Assembly: GCA_043228905.1 (NCBI GenBank)
Contig: JBHGNT010000012.1
Location: 6,262,001-6,326,000 of the forward strand
Direction: 5' to 3'
Source of the DNA: Azolla caroliniana
Taxonomy: Eukaryota > Plantae > Polypodiophyta
DNA length: 64,000 bases
Shown: in pieces, positions 12,391 through 24,629 of the stretch
How positions within the stretch are numbered: the stretch's first letter is position 1
How the letters are laid out: each line of letters starts with the position of its first letter
Notes under the pieces: model-generated
Database searches by the model: none
Told to the model about the DNA's origin: nothing
What the model saw: the letters and a program-made list of their open reading frames with translations, nothing else
Position numbers and translations under genes: made by a program

Positions 12391-13963
12391 GGCCGCCAAC
12401 CTCACGACTCATCATGAAGTATGCTTCAACCCATCATGAAGTATGCTTCAACCCCCGCCAACCTCACGACTCATCCTTATCAAACAAAGAATCTGTTTTA
12501 TTTTCCCCATCCAACATCTAGCCGATTACCACCAAAGTCCACCTCAACCATCTCTCGTCGCCAACCACCAAAGCCCTGTACATACAAAAAACATAACGAC
12601 ACTACTCTCCTGATCCCCTCATGAAATTATGCTTCTTCCTCCGACACCATCGTCACTCATCCTTGTCAGAAATAGATAATGTGCTTTTTCGTTGTCCATA
12701 TCAACAGTGTCATCTTTTACTACGAAGGTCCTTGAGATTGGAAGATGTGATGACCAACATCCAATGTGCTCTCCTTCTCCCCTCATGAAAGTATGCTTCA
12801 GCCCCTACACCATCAAAAAATCAAATGAATCACTCTCCTCAGACACTCATAAAAATCTGCTTCACCCTCCAACACCATCTTTATAGAAAATCTGCTTCAT
12901 TTTCAACGTCAACCATCTGTCCATTTTCAGATTCCATCAAGCATCCTGACATATAGACAACAAACATATTAGTGTAAAAAACTCCCTCACCAACTCATGA
13001 TACTATGCTTCAAACCCCACACCATCTTCACTCCTCCTTATCCCTCAAAAGAATTTTGCTTCTTAATTCCACATCAACCCTCTCGCCGATTACCACCAAA
13101 TTCCTGCTCATAATAATATGCTTCAACCCTTTTTGAGCGATAAGTAGCGTTGTTCTTTCAGCCCGTTCTTCAGCTAGCACCGTCTCGGCTTGATGAACTT
13201 CCTGCCGAAGCTCTGCCATCTTCTCCTACTGCCATCCAGGTGCTTATAGTCCCGGTGCAGGTGCTCAAAATCATTGGTCTTCTCCTTCAGCTTCTGGTTG
13301 AGTTGCCGGCGCGTTGTCGTGAAGAAAACCGTCCACAAGCGGAATCGGTGCACCGGAGCATAGGAACCGGCTCTTCATGCACGTACGCCGTATGTTGTAC
13401 ATAAGAGAGAATTAGGTACATAGAAGATCCTAGGTAGGTAGATTCGGTAGGTAGGAAGTTAATGGGAAACGGCTCCTTCCTTGCCTATAAAAGGAGGGAG
13501 ACGAGAAGAGGGAAGGGGATCGCGGATAGAGAGGACGAAGTGCTGTCAGTTTGTCGGCCGAAGGCTTCTCTCTCTCTCCCAAACTCCGTAGCTTTTTTTC
13601 TGTGCAGGTTTCGGGAGGCTCGCGCTGCTCTGAGGAATGCCCGAGTGCTTCCGGCAGCACCTCCAACCTACTCCTTTCTTTCTGTGCGTTTACGAACAGG
13701 CATCGGCATCTGTTCGCCGGCCTGTTCGGTTGTAACCGACTTCGTGCTTCTTGTTGTTTGTCTTGTTAATATATATATACATACATTCGTGTCTCTCTAT
13801 GTCGGTGTCCCACTCGCGTCTTTGTGTCGAAGGGCCATGTCCCTGTGAATCTACGCTCGCACGTAGTGGGTCCCTTCCCTTCTCCTTTCTCTCTTGCTCT
13901 TCGGTACAAGACCCCAGAGGTCCCGCCTCATTCCACGCATTCGCGAGGAATACCTCGACATCT

Positions 13964-13981
13964 TGGTGAACCCGACGTGAA
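13964..13981 (+). promoter_or_regulatory. Primer-binding site complementary to tRNA-Trp
   Basis: TGGTGAACCCGACGTGAA, 3 nt after the LTR, is the reverse complement of the plant tRNA-Trp 3' end (TTCACGTCGGGTTCA-CCA, recalled). The same site occurs on the minus strand in F (48060-48077) and D (59097-59114). Confidence 0.85.
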
Positions 13982-14003
13982 GGAGGCGGCAGAAGAGCAA
14001 AAG

Positions 14004-16114
14004 ATGAGGGGGTCGGATCTTGCAGAGGCCATGGCGTCGGCCGTGGATCGGATATTGAGCGCACGCGAGGGCACCGGCGCCCTCGACAGAGCCATTGAGG
14101 CGATCGGCCGGTTCAGCGGAAAGGATGCCACGAAGTATTTGGCGTCCTACAGGGTAGAAATGCTGATGCGGGACATTCCGGAAGAGAGGCGTCTTGCCGG
14201 GTTCCCTCGAGTGGCGATGCCGAGCATCCATGCAGAGGTGCTCGAGGTGTGGGCGGAGAGCCGTACCTGGGAGGAGTTCGAAGGCCAACTCCTAGAAAAA
14301 TACGGGCTGGACGAAGCGCTCCGGCTTTCGAAATGGGACTTCATGGAATGGGTGGAGGCCCCCGACAAGGGAAGAAACGCGTCGGCACTCCTCCGGGAGT
14401 TTGAAGAACGCTTTGCGCGCCTTTCGGCGCTTGACCGAACCGTTCTGGATACGAGCCGGGTCCTACTGTTCGTCAAGTCGGTGGACGAGCGGGACCGGGA
14501 TCAAGTCGGCTCCTTGATGGAAACCGAAGACGGGCTGACGACTGACTAGGTTGCGGTTAAGAGAGTCTGTGGCCATTTCGACAAACGGCGAGAATGGGCT
14601 GACAACGGGGCGGCCGGTGCGGGCTCTATCACAGCAAGGAGGCTTGAACCGGCACCGCAAGGGCGAAGGGAAGAGACCCGGGAATGGCTCGAAACCGGTT
14701 CGGCTTCGACCGGCATGGTCAATGGCTCGTCCAGAGGAGCAGCGCTGGAGGAGTTGACGCGGGCGATAAAGGATCTCCAGATCGCCCAGACTCGAAGGGA
14801 AGCGAACTGGCTCGTGACCGACGGCCGGCAGCAGGGAGCAGGTGCATGTGGTGCGGCGAGGTCGGCCACATTCGGAATGACTACGGCGATTTCGCAGAGG
14901 CGTTGAGGAACCGGGTGGTGTACCTGTGGGAAGGCTGGGTGCACGCCGGCGACACCAGAAGGGCCCTAAACCGAAACGAAGGGTGAGGAGGTATGAAGAG
15001 ACTGATGGAAGAGGCAACGGCCCGACACGTGGAGGCCATCCACTACTCGGCGTCGGCCGGCATTCGGGTCGGGGGCAACGAGGCCCGAAAGGAGAGCAAA
15101 GACGTATTCTGGTCGGCAATGCTGGAAGGCCTCGCCGGCGCACGGCTGAGGAAAGATGAAGCGGACCGCGCTGAGAGACGGGTCCGGGAAATAACCGAGT
15201 GGAGCGACCCAGTCGAGGAGAAGACGGGCTTCGTAGAAGCCGCCTACCGGAACTACGAGGCTCTGGTAGAAGACAAATGAGTGGGGAAAGCCGGAGCGGC
15301 CAGGCCCTCACAACGATACGAGACCCGATTCGGGCAACGACGGAACGAAACCGGTGGGTCCAGCGCGCAAGATAACCCCAGGAAGGGCGGATACCGACTG
15401 GGGACGGAAATAGAAAGGACCACGAACCTACGGAAGGTCCTAGAAGAACGGATCCTCGACAGCAAAGTGGAGCTGTCATTGCGGGAGGTGCTAGGGATCG
15501 CCAAGAAGGAGTTCCACAACTCCATTGTGGACTTGGTGAAACGGAAGAGGCTGTCGACGGAGACGGAACCGGAAAGACCGGTGGAGGTTCGGACGACGCA
15601 CATCGACGACTTGGCGCTGGAAGATGAGTGGGCGGAGAGCCACTATTCGAGGCCACACTGGGCCCGAGCGACCACGGAGACCCCGGTAAAGATCGGAGAT
15701 GTTCAGGAACCGGTGGTGGCACTGGTGGACCACGGTTCGGAAATAAACCTGATGTCCATGGACTTCTATAAGAAGGGAAAATAGCCGATCAACACCAAGC
15801 ACGGGTGGAAGATACGGGCGGCGACGTGTGCCACCGAGGAACTGCACGGGGCCAGCCCGAATGTGCGAGTCAAGATCGGCGACGTCGAGATTGACCAGCA
15901 CTTCTTCGTGCAGGAGACATCCTCGCATCCGGTCATATTAGGGGAACCATACATCACGGCGGCACGAATGGAGACCAAAGTGCTGGACAACGGTTCGGCC
16001 TACGCGAGGGTCAAAAGCCAGGACGGGCGCCATTCGGTCCAATTTCTGACGGTGCGGCCGAACCACGAGCGAAACCGCGAATCCCTCGGTGGCGAGAACC
16101 GGGAGGATTTTTAG
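14004..16114 (+). pseudogene. gag: Element E gag-protease ORF, interrupted by stops and a frameshift
   Basis: Gag-like N-terminus, zinc knuckle CMWCGEVGHIRNDY and protease ALVDHGSEINLM. Stops occur at 14547, 14984, 15278 and 15782. Confidence 0.85.
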
Positions 16115-19100
16115 AGAGGCCTGCCAAGGCGTGGGGCCGAGACAGTCCGGACACTCGGGAAAGACCCCACAGCTGTACGATAGAACCGAAACCGAAGAAT
16201 CCTTGTACGATAGGTAGAAAATTTTGCTTCTCCAACGACGGAGGGTGTATGATAGTCGGCATCATTGGCCAAGAAAAGGCAAGGGCGGAGGAGCGACTTC
16301 GAGCGTGCGGAGTTCTCGGCCCGAACGAGGAAATCAACGGAGCCGTGGAGGCGGTCTCCTTCGACGACACCTTGGGGATGCTGAGGAAGGTAGTCGGAGA
16401 AGACCTTAACGAAGACCGGACGATACCGGTATGTTCCGAAGAGATGTACGAAGTCATCGCGAACTTCAGTCAGGGGCTCGGGTCGGACCGGACGGCCCGA
16501 GTTAGCACGAAGTACAAGACTGTGGACCGTAAGGCCAATCGTGGCACCCTTACCAGAGGGCAGCGAGTCCCGAATCAGAGGGGTTGCATCGGACCCCAGT
16601 TTGCGAGATCCGGTCTGCATAGGACACACCTTCACCAACGGGACGCTCCGAGAGCTCAAAATCGGTGGGGGCGGGTTCCTACTGCCGGCAGAGGAAGACC
16701 GGTTTCAAAGAATGCTCGGAAGGCACGGGAAAGCCTTCGCATTCTCACCGGAAGAGATCGGGTGCGTAGACCCGACAATCGTGGAGCCGATGGTGATATT
16801 CACGGTACCGCATGTGCCGTGGAATCTTAACCCGATTCCAGAACCGAGAGCTCACATCCCGAAATTGATGGAGCTATTGAGGCAGAAAGTCGATATGGGC
16901 ATTCTCGAACCGTCGAGTGCCCCATACTCGAACCGATGGTTTACCGTACCAAAGAAAAACGGAACATTGCGCTTCATTCAAGACCTACAGCCGGTCAACA
17001 GAGTGACCATTCGGAACGCAGGAATCGGACCGACCATAGACGAGTTCGCGGAGGCCTTCGCCGGAAGGTCGATTTACTCGGTCGGTGATCTGTACTCGGG
17101 GTACGACCAGTTCCAGCTAGCCGTGGAGAGCAGAGCCATTACGACGATGCGAACCCCCCTCGGCCTAGTGCGAATGTGTACCCTGCCACAAGGAGGGACC
17201 AACTCGGTGGCCCACATGGTGAATGCAATGAACAAGGTACTGAGAGATTGCATCCCGGACATCACCATGCCATTTCTAGACGACATCCCGATCAAAGGGT
17301 GCCCGGTGGAAGAGAAGGACGAGACACTCGGGCCGGACGGATGCCGGCGATTCGTGGCCACACACATCGACGACTGCGAGAAGGTGCTACAAAGGCTAGA
17401 GGATGTGAGGCTCACCTTCTCCGGGGAGAAATCGGCCTTCGGTCAATCAGAAATCCTGGTGGTCGGACACCTATGTGGACCATATGGCCGGAAGCCGTCT
17501 ACGGCAAAGGTAGAAGCCATCTCCGCGATGAAGACCGACTGTAGCTCGATTACGGAAGTTCGGAGGTTCCTGGGGGCATGCGCGTTCTACCACATATGGA
17601 TCCCGCATTACGCCCACGTTGCGGAGCCGCTATACGGGTTGCTGAAGAAGGGGCGAAAATTCGAGTGGCGAGACGAGCACACGGAGTCGGTCCGGAAGCT
17701 GAAGGAGCTCTTGCGGCAGCACCGGCGCTCCGGAAGGCTGTCTACGAGAAGGGTACCCCGGTATACATAACAGTGGATACGAGCCCGACCGGGATCGGAT
17801 GGGTCGTCAACCAAGAAGATAAGGACGGCATTCGGTCCCCGATCCGATTCGGCACGAAGGTCCTCAGTGAGCGACAACGAGGGTACGCCCAGGTTAAACG
17901 CGAACTCCGGGGTATCGTTTCAGCAGTAAAGGCCGACAAAGACTACCTGATCGGGACAGAAGTGGTTATCGAGACGGATTGCCTGCCAATTCTCGGCATG
18001 GTTTCCGGATGCGCAAAACCGGACCTGGCGATGCTCAGGTGGATAGCGTACATCAAGTCCCTGGACCCGGAAATACGACACATTTCCGGAAAGGACAACG
18101 CCATGGCCGACATGCTTTCGAGGGCGAGGTTTGATGACGAGGGCGGCATCGTTTCGGAGGACAAAGAAGTCGGCGTGGACTTCTTCGAGGCAGCGTACGT
18201 GACGACCGATGGGACGAGCACTCCGGCGCTTCACGGCTTCGACGAGAGCAAGTACGACGGCGAGTGGCTACAAATCGGTGGTTTCTTAAGTACCATGACG
18301 CCGGATGCGTCATGGACGAGGGACAAGACAAACCGGATCCGGAAGAAAGCATACCGATTCTTTCTCCGGGACGGATACTTATGGAAGCACCCGAAGAAGA
18401 GGAACGGTGTCCCGCTCCGGGTGGTGGCGATGAAGGAAGAACAGGAGGAGCTGCTGACGGCCTACCACGACAGCCCTTGGGCTGGACACCGTGGAACGTG
18501 GGCCACGTTCGAGAAGATAAAGGGGAAGTACTGGTGGCCGGGACTGTACCGGGACGTGCATCGGTTCGTGACAACTTGCGAGAGCGGTCAGATGCACTCC
18601 ATAGTCCGACATCGGGACGAGCTTCACCCTACGTACCCTCCGACCATCCACTTCAAATGGATGGTAGATTTGGTGACGATGTCGATGGGAGTAGGACAGA
18701 TGCAGTATCTGGTCCTGGCTCGGGAAGATCTGACGAACTAGGTGGACGGCCGAGCCCTTCAGAACAAAATGACCGTGGCCGTATGTCGGTTCCTGATCGA
18801 GGACGTGATATGTCGGTATGGGTGCGTCGGGAAGATCGTGGCTGATCGCGGGGAGTTGGACGCTGAAGAGGCCGAGGATCTGTTCGACCGGCTAGGAGTC
18901 AAGCTCTCGCTTACCACTGCGTACAATCCGAAGGCGAATGGGAAGGTGGAGCGCGGACACGGACCGATCGTCAAGGCGTTAGTTCGGGCATGCGGGGGTC
19001 AAGTCGGGAACTGGCCGCGGCTGCTGCCTTACGCGTTGTGGGCAGACCGAACTACGCACAGTTCGGTAACCAGATTCATGTCGGCAGAGCTCATGTTTGG

Positions 19101-19663
19101 GCAGAAGCCGATCATGCCGATGGAACGTATGATCTCCTCATGGGCAACCGTGGACTGGAGAGACGAGATGAGCCGGGAGGAATTGTTGGCGGCGCGCATA
19201 CGACAGCTCGAGCGAAGACCGGAGGACGTGGAGCAGGGCCGCGGGAAAGCTTCGGGTGGCAAGGACGAGGAACAAAGCCCGGTTCGACCGAACGCACCGG
19301 CTCCGACCGAAGAAGATCGAGGAAGGCGACTGGGTGCTAGTCTACGACAGCAGCCTCGACAACCAGCACCGAGCAACACGAAAGTTCGCAAGAAGGTGGT
19401 TCGGGCCTTACGTGGTACAAAGCGCCAACGACAACGGGACGTACCATCTGGCGGAACTCGACGACACGAGAATGGCGATACCGGTAGCTAGGAAGCGGAT
19501 CAAAGCGTTCAAGAAGCGTCACGACGACGAGCCGGATCCGGTTAACCTGGACCGCGACGACGAACGATCCGAAACCGGAAGAACCGACGGGCGGGGAATG
19601 AAGACTGGACCGGTTTTCTCCGTCCCAACTCAATTTGGCGCATCCCGGTGGATGCGCGGTTAG
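16111..19663 (+). pseudogene. pol: Element E RT-RNaseH-integrase, in the -1 frame relative to gag-PR, disrupted
   Basis: RT DLYSGYDQ...LPQG...FLDD, RH VDTSPTGIG...ADMLSR, IN HDSPWAGHRG, ADRGE, NGKVERGH, WFGPY. Frameshifts at about 16530, 17710 and 19240 and a stop at 18739. Confidence 0.9.
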
Positions 19664-22600
19664 GTGGGGGCGGATGTCGTGAAGAAAACCGTCCACAAGC
19701 GGAATCGGTGCACCGGAGCGTAGGAACCGGCTCTTCATGCACGTACGCCTTATGTTGTACATAAGAGAGAATTAGGTACATAGAAGATCCTAGGTAGGTA
19801 GATTCGGTAGGTAGGAAGTTAATGGGAAACGGCTCCTTCCTTGCCTATAAAAGGAGGGAGACGAGAAGGGGGAAGGGGATCGCGGAGAGAGAGGACGAAG
19901 TGTTGTCGGTTTGTCGGCCGAAGGCTTCTCTCTCTCTCCCAAACTCCATAGCTTTTTTTCTGTGCAGGTTTCGGGAGGCTCGCGCTGCTCTGAGGAATGC
20001 CCGAGTGCTTCCGGCAGCACCTCCAACCTACTCCTTTCTTTCTGTGCGTTTACGAACAGGCATCGGCATCTGTTCGCCGGCCTGTTCGGTTGTAACCGAC
20101 TTCGTGCTTCTTGTTGTTTGTCTTGTTAATATATATATACATACATTCGTGTCTCTCTGTGTCGGTGTCCCACTCGCGTCTTTGTGTTGAAGGGTCGTGT
20201 CCCTGTGAATCTACGCTCGTACGTAGTGGGTCCCTTCCCTTCTCCTTTCTCTCTTGCTCTTCGGTACAAGACCCCCGAGGTCCCGCCTCATTCCACGCAT
20301 CCACGAGGAATACCTCGACAGCGCGCGGTCTTCCCGATCTTTCTGTTGACGGAGTTCTTCCTTTAGTCTTTCAATCTCCGTTTTCGCCATCCATCGCAGC
20401 TTATCCTTTTCTTGTAGCACTTTCTTTTTCTCCTCCTTAAGACGGTCATATGCCTGATGTCCTTTCTGCAGATTCTCTTCTACCCGGTGGAGGTTCTCAA
20501 CAGTCTTTCTTTGTTCTTCTTCTGCTGCTTTCTTCAAGTCCCTTTCTCGGGTGCGTAATGCTTCTTGCGCAGCCAGTTCATCTTTCAATTCGGCAAGCTC
20601 TTTTGCTTGCGTTGCCCCTATCTTCGGGGTCTTATTACTATGTACAGGTGCTGGTGTGTCTTTATTCTGTACATCTACCGGAGTCACCGGTGCTTGGAGC
20701 TGTGGTCCGTTTAAGGCCATTTTGGCCAATTCTTCTGTGGCCAGGTCCAAGTCTTGTTCTAGGCTCCGGATCCTCGACCGGGCCGTTTCTAGTTCTCCGG
20801 TTGTGACTAGCAACTGGTCCATCTGCGCTTTCTCTTCCGCCTCTATGTAGTGCACCACTCCGGCAATCTGTTCTCCAATCCACCAGAGCCATTGGCTGTC
20901 GGTGCCCTGTTGTTGCGTCCGCACGGAGGGTTGGTTGTTGGGTCCGCTAGCCAGTGGTCGGTCTTGTCCGGTTGCGTCGAGCTGCAACTCTGTCTGTGGT
21001 TGGTGACCACTTTGCCGTTCTAGTTCCGTTTGCACCTCCGTTGGCCGCTCCACCTCTGATTGCTCTTGTCCTGCCGGTGAGGGAGGTAACTATACTACCG
21101 ACGCTTGCATTTCGGGTCTTGCCGTATCCTTACCTGCCGGTATAGCTTGTTGTGCAGGGAGCTCTGTGACCGGTTCTGTCTGAACCGGTTCCGGTTCCAC
21201 CCTTGGTGTGGCTTGCTCAGTGCGGGGTAGAGGCGTTCCATCCTTCTTTGGGTCCGAACGCTCCCCGGCCTGTTCTGCGATGCTTGCCTAACAGCGCCGC
21301 TGGAGGTGCTCTAACAGTTCCTCCTCTGCTTCCTCCTCATGAGTCCCGATGTTGGCTTTTGCTGCCACGGGGTCCGGCTCTTGTTGAACCGGTCGGTGAA
21401 ATATGATCTTGATTGGCCGTGCCGGTGTCTCCTCCTACGTTTCCGCCGGCCACTTCCTATTGGCGCGCTCTTTTGCCGCCTTGTCCGTGTCGGCCGCCTT
21501 CCCTTTGGGTGCCTTAAAGGCTAATAACTTTGCCGTTTTGAAGCCGTTTTCGAGGTGCCCTCGGTTGTTCTCCCCTGCTTCGTGGTCTTGACGGGCTCGA
21601 TAGGTGGCGCCAATAGGGTGAGCCATTGCACCACTACAGTCCATATTTCCGACCCTCCTTGCCTCTTACAGAGTCGATGGCCACACAGAGGCCGTCCGCA
21701 ATCAGTATCGGCCAGTCCACCTTCACACCTTCATACGTTGCTATGACTAAGTCGGCTCGGTTCTGAGGCATGCACGGGGGTTGAGGGTATACATGTCCAA
21801 ATTCATGGAGCACACGGGCAATCTCTCGAAATAATGTATCTTTGCCGCCCTGTGTCCTGTAGGCCTTGTTGGCCAGAGAGTATTCGCCAAAATATTTTCG
21901 GAGCTGCTTCGGGGTAGGGTTGTCGATAGTGAAGATACCCCCCTCGGGAAGGCCAATCAAAGCATGGATGGCCTCCTCTGTGATCAGTTCTGTGTCGATT
22001 TCCTTTACTATCTTCTCCCCGTCTCGGTGCGGTGGCGCCTCCATGATCGTGAGGAAACCTTCTAACCCATGTTGCCTTAGCCACTTCTTGGCTGCTTCAG
22101 AGAGTGCTTGGCAGTCCATGGCTTCTTCGAGGTCGGTGAGCGCTGGTGAGGGATGTGTTTGAGAAGGCTTTGTGTGCGTGGGCTCGCGTCTGATGATCTT
22201 CAATCGCCTATGTGCGGTTGTGCTCCACTGTTCACGAAATGTGAAGACCTCCATGCGAGGGGAGTTTTCTTGCTGCATGTTGGCGCCTTTTTTCTTCCCC
22301 GCATGTGTGCACGTCGTGTACTAGAATAGAATGACGTGCCATGTGGAGGCGGTTTAATACCCTATTAATAGCCCACTACGTACCTTTTCAAAGTGCATGT
22401 TCACTCCTTGTTCTTGCATGTGTCTGTTCACACCTTGCCCTTGCATGATTTACTTTGATTTTATTTTATTTTATTATTATTATTATTATTATTTAAACTG
22501 TTTGGTTAATTTGCATCCGGTCCCACCGGACCCCTATCCGAATTGTGGGACTTGCCGGTCGTTGGATTGCTTGCCGTCGCGTCGTTCTTGCCATTTGCCG

Positions 22601-24591
22601 GCTCGTGCTCCCTCTTACCGGCTTCGCACTTGCCGTTTGCGAAATGTGTTGCCGTCTCTTCCAACTTACCAATGTTCGATTCTGTGTCGGCCTTTACTTG
22701 TTAAAATGGGTTTCTTGGCATTGGTCCATTGTATGGTTTGAGTCGGAACCCATTGACCCATTTACCCAGAACCTCGCCAGCGAGTGTCCCTAACTAGTAG
22801 GAACCGTTGAACTCACGCGTGATCCAGTATGACCCGGTCCACCGAAACCGTAGCTTCCCCGGCATCTTACCCATCTGGGTTTGGAATACTAGTACCGGCT
22901 TACCGATTCCAAACCTCTTTTCATCCCCTTTTCGGTGACGATCCACGAACGCTTTCCTTCGCCACTGCTCAAGTTCTAGGTGCATGATGATGGATAGCCG
23001 GTGTTCTTCTAATTCGCATAGCGTGGCTAACTGGATCGCTTCCGATTCCTTCTCATTTAGGCATTCCCGAATCTGTATTCGTAAACTCGGTACCTGGAAC
23101 TCGACCGGCATCACTGCCTCCAATCCGAATGCTAGGCGAAACGGTGTTGTGCGGATACTTGTCTTATATGCCGGTCGGTAGGCCTAGAGTGCATAGTGTA
23201 GCTTTGTATCCCAATCCGTTCGGTTCTCATTGACAATTTTTCGAAGGATGTTCTGCAGTGTTTTATTTGTTGACTCGGCTAATCTGTTGGCTTGCGGATA
23301 ATAGGGAGTGCTCTGTTTGTGCACCACCGCATAGAATGTCGTCAAACTTTCCACTACTTGCCCTAAGAAATGCCCACCTTGGTCACTTATTAGCTCTATC
23401 AGACATCCATACCGGCACCAGATGTATTCATATAAAAAATTTGTCGTGGATGTTGCGGTGTTGTCCCATAGTGCTTTGGCTTCCACGCACTTTCTGCAAT
23501 AATCCATAGCGACAATCACGTACCGATTGTTGGTTCTCATTGCTGGTGGTTTGAATGGACCGACAAAATCCAGCCCCCATTTTTGAAATGGTTCTAACGG
23601 TAGCACGGGCTAGTGAGGCATCCTGGCTTGTTCGGTTGGTTGGCCCATTCGCTGACAGAGGTCGCATTCTTTAGTGTACCGAACTGCATCCTTCAATGTT
23701 GTTGGCCACCATAGTCCACTCAGCCATATTTTCCTTGGCGTGGCATCTCCGGCATAATGTCCTCCAACCACTCCGCAATGTGCTTCGCGCAATATTATGT
23801 CCTTTTCGTCGTTGCGCACTGCACGCCGCCATATGCCATCTGCGTCTTTGTGGTACAGTGTGTCCTGTAATAGGCAGTGCTCAGAAATTGGTGCATGTTA
23901 GTGAGCCACTTGTCTTCCTCTACGACCGTACCATATGTGGTCATTTCTGCTGTGACTCTAAACAGCTCTGCGTCCGGGAACTCGTCTAGGACACCATCAT
24001 CGGTTTCGCCGGAATCCAACCGGCTCAAATAGTCTGCTATCGCATGTTGTATGCCGGGTCGATGGAATATCTCGAACTCGAATTCTTGTAATAGTAACGT
24101 CCACCGGGCTAGTTTACCAATGAGTGATGCTTTGGACACCAAATAGAGGAGCGTCGAATGATCTACGTGAAAGGAAAATTGTTATTCGCTTAGCCGGACA
24201 AGGCCTAACACAAGGTGTCACGGAGACACTTCACCAAAGGGTGATTACGGCATAGGATTAAGATTCAACGATTACACCGACTTACGTAGGTTACACAATT
24301 AGATTGCTTTGGTTAATTACACGCGTAAGATATAACAGTGATTACAGAACGGAAATCAAGACAGAAGTATAAACATCAGAATCTCTATTAATTATCCGCT
24401 GTCATTACAATAGGGTCCGGGCCTTTAAATAGGTTTCCGGCCCGTAGTACAAAACGGTGTCTCTCGCACCTATTCGGGATCCGTCCGGATCTGGAACGGC
24501 ATACCGTTTCCAGTCCGTCCGTCCACACTATGCTCATTTACAACCATCTAATTAATTCCGTATTTTGGACTCCTTGCCGGCCGGTAACACA

Positions 24592-24629
24592 TGGCACGCC
24601 CGTGGGACAGTACCTTGTACGTCGAACCC
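24592..24629 (+). promoter_or_regulatory. Oppositely oriented tRNA-Arg(UCU)-complementary site at the PPT position of element A
   Basis: TGGCACGCCCGTGGGAC-[AGTACCTTGTACG]-TCGAACCC begins 2 nt inside the 3' LTR edge. No purine tract abuts the LTR on the coding strand. Confidence 0.75.

Larger units (their letters stand above)
13315..20320 (+). mobile_element. Element E: full-length but pseudogenised Gypsy with tRNA-Trp PBS
   Basis: 646-bp LTRs 13315-13960 and 19675-20320 (about 15 substitutions counted by eye). PBS 13964-13981, PPT-like AGGTGGGGGCGGA 19662-19674, flanks GCGT/GCGC. Confidence 0.95.

Noticed and set aside
12390-13130. Degenerate TATGCTTCAACCC repeats resembling the reverse complement of parts of B's LTR
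   Set aside because: The similarity is limited to short motifs, with no termini or TSD to support an element call.
14463-15722. 419-aa antisense ORF in E and many other overlapping ORFs
   Set aside because: These are shadow frames of GC-rich gag-pol with no conservation in homologous element F.
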